From a virus (lineage: Duplodnaviria; Heunggongvirae; Uroviricota; Caudoviricetes): 15,184 bases of DNA. The stretch lies in the IMG/VR virus record IMGVR_UViG_2516143081_000005; one strand, 5' to 3'. The position numbers and the translations under genes were made by a program. Of the stretch, positions 8,339-15,184 are shown piece after piece. Position 1 is the first letter of the stretch. The number at the start of each line of letters is the position of its first letter. The notes beneath the pieces were generated by a model. It searched no databases and had not been told where the DNA came from. It saw only the letters and a program-made list of their open reading frames with translations.

Positions 8339-8697
8339 TCATTCCCCATTTCGGTGATGGTCAGTTCCAGCCTCCCACCTTTGGTAACAGGCATCTTCAC
8401 AACGCGGTAATCAACGACCTGAGCATCATCCAGCCAGAAACCTGCTTTAGTGAGTGCGTCAAAAGCGGCTTTTTGCAGATTATCCAGGTCACGGCGACGG
8501 CGATCCGGCATGTGGCACTCAATGCGGATTTTCACAGGCATAGCCAGGCCGATATCCAGCATTGCGTTTTTAATGATTCGGGCGACGTTATCGCGGTATG
8601 CCTGCCCCTCTGCGCTGACGTGCGTGCGCCCGCGATTATGGCGGTAATAGCGATTATTGCTCGGAGGCCAGGGTAATGTGATGCTGTAGGTATTCAC
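8335..8697 (-). CDS. rusA: Holliday junction resolvase RusA (120 aa)
   Basis: [43 protein letters not shown]... is the RusA family signature at the correct length. Confidence 0.9.
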   Translation of the reverse strand: MNTYSITLPWPPSNNRYYRHNRGRTHVSAEGQAYRDNVARIIKNAMLDIGLAMPVKIRIECHMPDRRRRDLDNLQKAAFDALTKAGFWLDDAQVVDYRVVKMPVTKGGRLELTITEMGNE

Positions 8698-8984
8698 GCC
8701 TTAATAACCCCCTCTTTCAGCCAGATAACCTGTGTTCTCGCCATACCTTCCAGCGCGCATTCTTTTGCATATGCAGCATCGACAAAATGTGTGCGGCGGT
8801 CGATTTCGTCGTGGCAGGCAGAACATGCAATGGTGGCAATCAGGTCTGGCGATTTGGTACCGGTGCCGCACAATCCAGTCAGCCGGATATGTGCCAGTAC
8901 AGACGTTTCAGGGTTGCCATTACATACGCCAGGGATTCTTACCTGGCATTCCCGACTACGCGCTGCTTTTCTCAAATCAGCCAT
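8694..8984 (-). CDS. ybcO: YbcO-like nin-region protein (DUF1364, putative nuclease, 96 aa)
   Basis: [35 protein letters not shown]...CSACHDEID is Cys/His-rich. ATG at 8984 is preceded by AGGAGG. ORF is open from 9023. Confidence 0.8.
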   Translation of the reverse strand: MADLRKAARSRECQVRIPGVCNGNPETSVLAHIRLTGLCGTGTKSPDLIATIACSACHDEIDRRTHFVDAAYAKECALEGMARTQVIWLKEGVIKA

Positions 8985-9147
8985 GATTCCTCCTTGCTGC
9001 CAGTCGCAACCATTTTTTATCAACCAGGCTGGCGGTATATCCGAGCAGTGTTGGTATTTCGGAAGGCTTCAGCTCCGGTTTACGCTTACGACGATTTGGT
9101 ACTCTGTAGATGTGTCCGTTCATGACACGAATAAGCGGTGTAGCCAT
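8977..9147 (-). CDS. ninE: NinE-like small protein (56 aa); not in the ORF track
   Basis: Manual translation [56 protein letters not shown]. Start overlaps the ybcN stop (TAATG); 3' end overlaps the ybcO start by 8 nt. Assignment by size and nin-region position; I could not recall the lambda NinE sequence reliably to confirm. Confidence 0.65.
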   Translation of the reverse strand: MATPLIRVMNGHIYRVPNRRKRKPELKPSEIPTLLGYTASLVDKKWLRLAARRNHG

Positions 9148-9602
9148 TACGCCTCCTGTTTGTCGCGGAGCTGCTGGAACTCGCAGCTCTGCGGAATAGT
9201 CAGGTGGCAGCCAATATTCATCGCCCAGGCTTCAACCTTACACAGGAAGACATACATCTCTCCGGTATCAAGATCGGAGGTATGGCGTAACGACTGGATA
9301 GTGGTGATATCACCGGTTACGACATCAACCAGGTCTTTGGTTTCATAACCGAGATATGTGTGTTTGAGAGCATCTTTTACCCAAGCTGGAGTGGCGAACG
9401 TTTTACCCTTGCTGATGAGGTATTCACTGATTTCGCTGTACCACATGTGGCTGAGTGCATTCTGGGAAAGACTGCGTCTCTCGCGCCACGGTTTAAGCAC
9501 CATGCGAAAGCATTTGCCGTCCTCCAGATAAGGCTGGATCTGCCGACCGATAGCGGTGAAGTTACCGCGATGCAATTTGATACCATCTTGTGGGAGGTTC
9601 AC
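9147..9602 (-). CDS. ybcN: NinB-family protein YbcN (151 aa), GTG start
   Basis: (M)[29 protein letters not shown]... GTG start at 9602 with GGAGG upstream. Size and position match YbcN/NinB. Confidence 0.8.
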   Translation of the reverse strand: MNLPQDGIKLHRGNFTAIGRQIQPYLEDGKCFRMVLKPWRERRSLSQNALSHMWYSEISEYLISKGKTFATPAWVKDALKHTYLGYETKDLVDVVTGDITTIQSLRHTSDLDTGEMYVFLCKVEAWAMNIGCHLTIPQSCEFQQLRDKQEA

Positions 9603-9700
9603 GCTTCACCTCCGCAGAGATCAAACGCTGGATGCAAAATATCGCAGGTGCATTTCTGCATCTGTGAATGGAGAAGAGAGGTTGGATTGTATGTGCGCAT
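9599..9700 (-). CDS. ylcH: Small protein (33 aa), YlcH-like; not in the ORF track
   Basis: Manual translation [33 protein letters not shown]. Stop overlaps the ybcN GTG start (GTGA). Assignment by size and position from memory. Confidence 0.45.
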   Translation of the reverse strand: MRTYNPTSLLHSQMQKCTCDILHPAFDLCGGEA

Positions 9701-9796
9701 AAACGTCCCCGTTTAGCGCAGAAGTCACCGGAGTTGTTCAGGCTCCAATGGCATGATTATGGCTGGTTGATTATTGGAAATCAAATGTGCTGAAAA

Positions 9797-10306
9797 TTAG
9801 TCTGCCAAGTCTTCCTCAGTCGCAACTGGGTAATTCCAAATATCAAAAAAAGCTATAGCCTCCTGCCATTTGCTCCATAAGTTATCAAGTACTTGTGTAG
9901 GTTCCGTACTTTTAAAAACAGAATCAGCCGCATCACCGTTATGAACTTCCTCGTACAGTTCCATTATTAGCAGATTAACAAAGTACTGTTTCAACATTAA
10001 TGCCTGATTACCTTCTTTCTGCTGGCTATCCTGCTTGATGATCTCCATCGCCCGTACTAGGCACCTGATGATATCCGCTGCATCATTAACGCTCCATTCA
10101 GATCCGCGCTTATCTTTAGCTGATGAATTGGCTCTCTCAGCGCAAGCCTTTAAAGACTCATAAAGGTAAACTCTATTTTGTAGCTGCAGCGCTTTTTTTG
10201 ACGTGTACCAACTTGCAAGCGCCGACCCCGCTGCGGCTAATGTGCCAAACGCAGAAATACCTGCTGCTATTGCACTTAAGTCGGCACTGTCAAAGTTCCA
10301 CATCAT
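9797..10306 (-). CDS. Hypothetical protein (169 aa) with one N-terminal transmembrane helix and an acidic helical C-terminal domain
   Basis: MMWNFDSADLSAIAAGISAFGTLAAAGSALASWYTSKK... has a hydrophobic stretch around residues 10-33. ATG ATG start with AAGGTG Shine-Dalgarno 5 nt upstream. Own upstream region after a terminator. I recognise no family. Confidence 0.6.
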   Translation of the reverse strand: MMWNFDSADLSAIAAGISAFGTLAAAGSALASWYTSKKALQLQNRVYLYESLKACAERANSSAKDKRGSEWSVNDAADIIRCLVRAMEIIKQDSQQKEGNQALMLKQYFVNLLIMELYEEVHNGDAADSVFKSTEPTQVLDNLWSKWQEAIAFFDIWNYPVATEEDLAD

Positions 10307-10488
10307 CGTTACACCTTATATAAATACCCCTCAGTAATATCCAATAAGGTATGTGCACAATCAATATAATTTTATCCGTATCGGCACATAGCGATTTGAA
10401 CGCTACTGGTAATGGTATATTTTAGATTATATCGTCCAGTTTACAGCACCCGTATTTTATGAAATGGACTCGCATATTACCCAAAAAA

Positions 10489-10521
10489 TGCCAGCACTTC
10501 CGTCATCGTAGAATGCTGGCA
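10489..10521 (-). terminator. Rho-independent terminator on the minus strand downstream of the 107-aa gene
   Basis: tgccagca (10489-10496) pairs with tgctggca (10514-10521), with inner ttc/gaa pairing. On the minus strand it is followed by UUUUUUGG (reverse complement of 10481-10488). Confidence 0.5.
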
Positions 10522-10540
10522 GTATTTCTAACTAGTGACT

Positions 10541-10864
10541 TTATTGGAACAGATTCTGACGGAAATATGGTAACACTCGACTCCACTTATCATCCAGCCA
10601 CGGCTGGAATTTTACATGTGCCGTTTCTCTGGCGAGGATTGCTCGCGCTCTGTTGAGTATCTGGGGATATTCTTGCTCGATAGAAGTAAAGCGGCCGGCT
10701 TCGCGGTGCTCCGCAACCTGAAGTAGTGGAGTAACGTTCTGGCAGGCAGTTAACATCACATCACCTGCTCGCCATAACCAAGCACGTGCACAAAGTTTGT
10801 TATCAGTGAATTGTTTTGTGATTGGGTATTGTTGAACTGCTAGAACGAGAACGCCAGCATCCAT
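10541..10864 (-). CDS. Hypothetical protein (107 aa), no recognisable family
   Basis: ORF with ATG at 10864 and AGGGA about 7 nt upstream. It sits between the serine recombinase and the 169-aa membrane protein and is followed by its own terminator. Codon usage looks ordinary; no homology recognised. Confidence 0.5.
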   Translation of the reverse strand: MDAGVLVLAVQQYPITKQFTDNKLCARAWLWRAGDVMLTACQNVTPLLQVAEHREAGRFTSIEQEYPQILNRARAILARETAHVKFQPWLDDKWSRVLPYFRQNLFQ

Positions 10865-10975
10865 TGGCAGTCCCTATAGTAAAACCATAGCTCAGGACGC
10901 TTCGTTCAGGATAGATAATTTTATTGTACTTACCTAACTTTCTTACTATAGCACGGTTGAAAAAGTGATTATTAC

Positions 10976-12502
10976 TCAAAAATAAACCTCACCATCAACC
11001 ATATATTTGAGAGTACTTATCGCCTGCTGGGCGGATATTGTTTTCATTAAAGGATAGTGTTTAAAAACAATGCCATTCATAAAATAGATATCACAGGTTT
11101 TATTATCTGTATTGATTATGATTTTTTCGAATGTTTTATAGGCAAGTGTACGACATAGCTCTCGCCCATTTTTACTGGTTAAGTCAATAGCATGAAAATC
11201 ACCAAGTGAACTCACCGCTTTACTCTTCAAAGTTTTTAATGATACAGAAGCCCTTCGTAATTCCTTATCTAATACTCTGATTTTTTCTGCTATAGCGGTA
11301 ACTTCAGGCGCAACAGATAATGCAGCAATTAAATTATTAATTTTCATCTGGAGCTCAATAATTTTCAACTCTAAAGTTTCATTAGCATCTTTCTTGTTTT
11401 CAACTGGTTGGATTTTACTACAATTAAAAAGCAACTCATTAATGATATTATAATCAACCAAATCTCTCTTTATTGATGGCCTGTCACATCGATGCAGTCT
11501 TCTCATCGGACAAACATAATAGCCATGCAAACTTCCAGATACCGCATGAACAATCATGGTATTACCACAAGCCTCGCACTTCATAACTGTTCGAAGTAGA
11601 TTTATCAACATAGGATTTTTGCTACTATTGCTAATACCAAAAGGTGCCAACCGAATTTCCTGCACAGCGTAAAACAAATCATCTGATATGACTCTGGGAT
11701 AATAGCCAGCGATTTCACTTATTCCTTTACCTCTTGCACGATATGAAGGTACGCATATACCTATCAGAGCTTTATTCGCTAATAATTTTTCAATTACAGA
11801 AGGTCCCCATGCACTTTCTTTTCCTGAGAAATTCTTTACAGCATGATCATTTAAATACTTGGCTATTGCATTCAATGAGCGCCTTTCCATCCTGAGTTTA
11901 AAAATTAGCTCAATAGTTTTCACCCTGTCGGGGTCTGGAACAAAAGCCGTTCTTTTGTCATCCAATGAGAGCCATCTCGGACAAGACGCCGTCATAATCG
12001 TGCCTGACTCCAGTGCATCCTGCCGTTTTTTCTTCCATGATAATTTAACCCGACTTGACTTTATCTCGCTTTCTTCATTTGCCCTTTGTGCTATAAGTAT
12101 GGCTTTTATTAATGAATATGGCTCATTCAATGAGTCAATATTATAGACTGTATTATCGCAAAGAGTTATAACATCAATACCGTGATTCAAAATCAATTTC
12201 AGACGCTCAATCGCTTCACCGACTTTTTCTCTTGAAAGTCTGTCCAGACTTTCAACTAACAATGTAGTCCCTGGCAATATATAACCATGTTCTATAGCAT
12301 CTAAAAATTCCGAAAAAGCTCCTGATTGTGCATGCTTTCCATTGAATGCGCTTAACCCCAAATCTTCATACGTTACGGTATCAAGGTAATAATCACTATT
12401 TACCTTTAGCCATTCAGTAATAAGCCTTCTCTGGCGGTTTAATGAATCACCAGACATCTGACCTGGTGATGAAAATCGCATATATGCTATGGCTTTTTTC
12501 AT
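10976..12502 (-). CDS. ybcK: Large serine recombinase (resolvase/invertase catalytic domain plus recombinase domain and zinc-ribbon), 508 aa
   Basis: N-terminus MKKAIAYMRFSSPGQMSGDSLNRQRR has the serine-recombinase catalytic motif (Y-x-R-x-S-S...Q). C-terminal region has a Cys cluster (CEACGNT...YYVCPMRRLHRCDRP) typical of the zinc ribbon of large serine recombinases. Length matches YbcK. Confidence 0.9.
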   Translation of the reverse strand: MKKAIAYMRFSSPGQMSGDSLNRQRRLITEWLKVNSDYYLDTVTYEDLGLSAFNGKHAQSGAFSEFLDAIEHGYILPGTTLLVESLDRLSREKVGEAIERLKLILNHGIDVITLCDNTVYNIDSLNEPYSLIKAILIAQRANEESEIKSSRVKLSWKKKRQDALESGTIMTASCPRWLSLDDKRTAFVPDPDRVKTIELIFKLRMERRSLNAIAKYLNDHAVKNFSGKESAWGPSVIEKLLANKALIGICVPSYRARGKGISEIAGYYPRVISDDLFYAVQEIRLAPFGISNSSKNPMLINLLRTVMKCEACGNTMIVHAVSGSLHGYYVCPMRRLHRCDRPSIKRDLVDYNIINELLFNCSKIQPVENKKDANETLELKIIELQMKINNLIAALSVAPEVTAIAEKIRVLDKELRRASVSLKTLKSKAVSSLGDFHAIDLTSKNGRELCRTLAYKTFEKIIINTDNKTCDIYFMNGIVFKHYPLMKTISAQQAISTLKYMVDGEVYF

Positions 12503-12757
12503 GGTGACACCTGCTAAAGTATGCTTTTATAAACCTTAGTGGTGAGATATGATTTTTGTTTAATTTTTATTTAAAAAGACAATTAAGGTCACATTATCTT
12601 GAATATACAACAATAATCGTATTGCAATTTTCTTACACCATAATCTTGAAAGCACAAAAGAATGAATAAAAACTAAAGACATTAACAAAAAGCATAAAAC
12701 GAGGCCCATATAAATATACGAGCCTCCATATTTTAGTCGTTTAAAAACAAATTATTT

Positions 12758-13090
12758 TTAATGTGGTGTGCTTCGTGACAATAAATTAATAACCAACACA
12801 CCGGCACAAATCAACATCATGCCTATAATGGCTGGCAGGTCCAACCGTTGGCCGAAAAATCCCCATGATAGTAAGCTAATCAGGACAATACCGACTCCTG
12901 ACCAGATAGCATAAGCAATCCCTGTAGGAATATAAGCCAGCGTCTGAGCTAATAACCAGAATGATGCACAATAACAAATAATTGTACCAACAGATGGCCA
13001 TAACCGTGTAAAACCTTCTGAAAACTTCATTAAGGTTGTACCAATGACCTCTGCAAGTATTGCACCACCAAGATAAATATAAGGATTCAT
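12758..13090 (-). CDS. emrE: Small multidrug resistance (SMR) efflux transporter EmrE (110 aa)
   Basis: MNPYIYLGGAILAEVIGTTLMKFSEGFTRLWPSVGTIICYCASFWLLAQTLAYIPTGIAYAIWSGVGIVLISLLSW... is the EmrE sequence with four TM helices. ATG at 13090; ORF is open from 13144. Confidence 0.9.
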   Translation of the reverse strand: MNPYIYLGGAILAEVIGTTLMKFSEGFTRLWPSVGTIICYCASFWLLAQTLAYIPTGIAYAIWSGVGIVLISLLSWGFFGQRLDLPAIIGMMLICAGVLVINLLSRSTPH

Positions 13091-13157
13091 AGCATATTCT
13101 TTCCTGTTCAAACTGGAGAGAATTGTACTACAGTTTGAACTCAACTCACCTGTTTCA

Positions 13158-13460
13158 TCATTGTGTACCCATTGATGTTCTTTTATATACCCTCAATACC
13201 CGTTTCATCGCGGCACTCTGGCGACACTCCTTAAAAATCAAATTCGTGCTCACCTTTCCTTCCCATTCTTCTCTGGTAGCGAACCGATAATACACCGTTC
13301 GCCAGACCTTACCATCAACGACCAGGATTCCTGCCCGCGCCATTTTAGCCGCAGCCTGATTTATGCTGGTTACCGTTGCGCCTGTTACCGCGGCAACGTC
13401 CTGCGCACAGAATTTCTTATGAGTCCCCAGGTAATGAATAATTGCCTCTTTGCCCGTCAT
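13158..13460 (-). CDS. ren: Ren-like protein (100 aa)
   Basis: MTGKEAIIHYLGTHKKFCAQDVAAVTGATVTSINQAAAKMARAGILVVDGKVWRTVYYRFATREE... is near-identical to lambda Ren. Start overlaps the P stop (ATGA) as in lambda. Confidence 0.85.
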   Translation of the reverse strand: MTGKEAIIHYLGTHKKFCAQDVAAVTGATVTSINQAAAKMARAGILVVDGKVWRTVYYRFATREEWEGKVSTNLIFKECRQSAAMKRVLRVYKRTSMGTQ

Positions 13461-14050
13461 ACCCTTGCTCCTTTCAGCCCAAACTTAGCTTTGATTTCTG
13501 CGATCTTCGCCAGAGCCTGTGCACGATTTAGAGGTCTACCGCCCATGACAGGAAGTTGTTTTACTGGTTCAGGTATAGCCTCACCACGGTTAATTCGTGC
13601 GGTCATACAGGACAGTTCATCGGCAGCCTTGCGCCGTAATTCCGCGTCAGTCAACGCATTGGCCCGCATGTTCTGATACAGGTTGGTAACCAGCCAGTAG
13701 TGCGCGTTTGATTTCCACGGATAAGACTCTGCATCCGGATACAGCCCGCGCTTCCGGCAATACTCGTAAACCATATCAACCAGCTCGCTGGCGTTTGGCA
13801 GCCCGGCGGTAACGGATGCTTCTTCCCGGCACCAGGCGACAAACTGCCCGGGTGATGGCAGGAATGGTCGATTCTGCCGACGGGCTACGCGCATTCCAGC
13901 GTTAACCTGTTCCATTGTGGTGATCCCGTTTTCCCGAAAAGCCAGCACCCACTGGCGGCGGATTTCGTTCAGTTCATTCTGGTCACGGTTAGCCAGGCTC
14001 GCCGGGAAAGTTGCCAGTAACTGGCTGAACACACCGTTGATGATCTGCGC
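13457..14050 (-). pseudogene. peaD: Replication protein P (helicase loader) C-terminal fragment, lacking about the first 36 residues
   Basis: From ...[26 protein letters not shown]... to the C-terminus the translation matches lambda P. The first 28 residues of the ORF ([28 protein letters not shown]) are unrelated and are encoded antisense to the integrase 5' end. Confidence 0.8.
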
Positions 14051-14128
14051 TATGCCTCGTATTCGCTCCCGGGCGGGAAACGAATTAAGGAATCTCTTGG
14101 CACAAAGGACAAGCGGCAAGCTCAGGAG

Positions 14129-15184
14129 TTGCACGACAAGCGAAAAGCAGAACTCTGGCGAGTAGAAAAGCTAGGGGATTTACCTGATGTCACTTTTGAA
14201 GAGGCCTGCCTAAGATGGCTTGAGGAAAAAGCTGATAAAAAATCTCTCGATTCAGATAAAAGCCGGATTGAGTTCTGGCTTGAACATTTTGAGGGTATAA
14301 GGCTTAAAGATATCTCGGAGGCAAAGATTTACTCTGCTGTAAGCAGAATGCATAACAGAAAGACGAAAGAAATATGGAAACAGAAAGTTCAGGCCGCCAT
14401 CAGGAAAGGTAAAGAACTGCCTGTTTATGAACCAAAGCCAGTATCAACTCAGACAAAGGCAAAGCATCTTGCCATGATAAAGGCCATTCTCCGTGCTGCA
14501 GAACGCGACTGGAAGTGGCTGGAAAAAGCGCCTGTCATCAAGATACCAGCGGTCAGAAACAAGCGAGTCAGATGGCTGGAAAAGGAGGAAGCAAAACGCC
14601 TTATTGATGAGTGCCCCGAACCACTGAAATCTGTCGTCAAGTTTGCGCTGGCAACTGGTCTGAGAAAGTCGAACATCATAAATCTGGAATGGCAACAAAT
14701 CGACATGCAGCGACGAGTTGCCTGGGTGAATCCAGAAGAGAGCAAATCAAACCGCGCCATTGGTGTGGCGCTAAACGATACCGCCTGTAAAGTGTTGCGT
14801 GATCAAATAGGCAAGCATCACAAATGGGTGTTTGTACATACCAAGGCGGCTAAGCGAGCAGATGGAACATCAACGCCTGCGGTCAGGAAGATGCGCATCG
14901 ACAGCAAGACATCATGGCTATCAGCTTGTCGTCGTGCAGGAATTGAAGATTTCCGTTTCCATGACCTCAGACACACCTGGGCAAGCTGGCTGATTCAGTC
15001 AGGCGTCCCATTATCAGTGCTTCAGGAAATGGGCGGATGGGAGTCCATAGAAATGGTTCGTAGGTATGCTCACCTTGCGCCTAATCATTTGACAGAGCAT
15101 GCGAGGAAAATAGACGACATTTTTGGTGATAATGTCCCAAATATGTCCCACTCTGGAATTATGGAGGATATAAAGAAGGCGTAA
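14129..15184 (+). CDS. intD: Tyrosine integrase (P22/DLP12 IntD-type), 5'-truncated; probably a pseudogene or expressed from a non-ATG start
   Basis: C-terminal catalytic region ...[41 protein letters not shown]... carries the R..H-x-x-R...Y signature. In-frame homology extends upstream to about 14051 ([23 protein letters not shown]). There is no in-frame ATG or GTG between the stop at 14018-14020 and the TTG at 14129. Stop at 15182-15184. Confidence 0.8.
   Translation: MHDKRKAELWRVEKLGDLPDVTFEEACLRWLEEKADKKSLDSDKSRIEFWLEHFEGIRLKDISEAKIYSAVSRMHNRKTKEIWKQKVQAAIRKGKELPVYEPKPVSTQTKAKHLAMIKAILRAAERDWKWLEKAPVIKIPAVRNKRVRWLEKEEAKRLIDECPEPLKSVVKFALATGLRKSNIINLEWQQIDMQRRVAWVNPEESKSNRAIGVALNDTACKVLRDQIGKHHKWVFVHTKAAKRADGTSTPAVRKMRIDSKTSWLSACRRAGIEDFRFHDLRHTWASWLIQSGVPLSVLQEMGGWESIEMVRRYAHLAPNHLTEHARKIDDIFGDNVPNMSHSGIMEDIKKA

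Larger units (their letters stand above)
1..15184. mobile_element. Defective lambdoid prophage (DLP12-like), internal segment from the tail-fibre end to the integrase; mosaic of lambda-like, phage-21-like and P22-like modules
   Basis: Gene content and order read from the ORF translations: tfa, A fragment, Nu1, cos, bor, Rz/Rz1, SAR endolysin, pinholin, Q, rusA, ninE, NinB-like, ren, P fragment, integrase. Head and tail genes and the immunity/early region are absent. Confidence 0.9.

Noticed and set aside
8450-9716. Plus-strand ORFs 8450-8647, 8473-8676, 8732-8986, 8787-9125, 8791-9348 and 9360-9716, and minus ORF 9377-9586
   Set aside because: All overlap the tightly packed, translationally coupled minus-strand nin genes in other frames or antisense; the encoded sequences are Arg/Cys-rich artefacts.
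10123-10656. Plus-strand ORFs 10123-10323 and 10459-10656
   Set aside because: The first is antisense to the 169-aa gene. The second spans the minus-strand terminator and the 3' end of the 107-aa gene and has no Shine-Dalgarno.
13419-14165. ORFs 13419-13676 (+), 13651-13842 (-) and 13917-14165 (+) within the P fragment
   Set aside because: Out-of-frame or antisense to sequence with clear lambda P homology.
14444-14760. Minus-strand ORFs 14444-14698 and 14449-14760 inside the integrase
   Set aside because: Antisense to a region with clear integrase homology.
1-15184. IS elements, CRISPR arrays, tRNA or rRNA genes, and att sites
   Set aside because: No terminal inverted repeats with transposase ORFs, no repeat-spacer arrays and no tRNA-like cloverleaf regions were seen. 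The integrase stop is at the window edge, so any att site or tRNA target lies outside the window.

Overview
This window is one arm of a defective lambdoid prophage, most likely a DLP12-like element of Escherichia/Shigella, read in reverse orientation. All calls rest on reading the supplied ORF translations and the sequence by eye; no database search or computation was run. Left to right it carries: a lambda-like tail fibre assembly gene; a tail-fibre 3' remnant fused to a truncated terminase large subunit (head and tail genes deleted); an intact Nu1 gene and an intact lambda-type cos site; small conserved genes next to cos (ylcI-, ybcW- and ybcV-like); bor; a phage-21-type lysis cassette (Rz/Rz1, SAR endolysin, dual-start pinholin); an intact porin moron (nmpC-like) on the opposite strand; a Q antiterminator; a translationally coupled nin-region block (ylcG, rusA, ybcO, ninE, ybcN, ylcH); a low-GC-looking cargo island (two uncharacterised genes, a large serine recombinase, emrE); ren; a P fragment; and a 5'-truncated P22-type integrase. 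The best candidate for an undescribed system is the two-gene cargo module at 9797-10864, beside the serine recombinase. Its function cannot be assigned from sequence alone. No IS elements, CRISPR arrays, tRNAs or rRNAs were seen.
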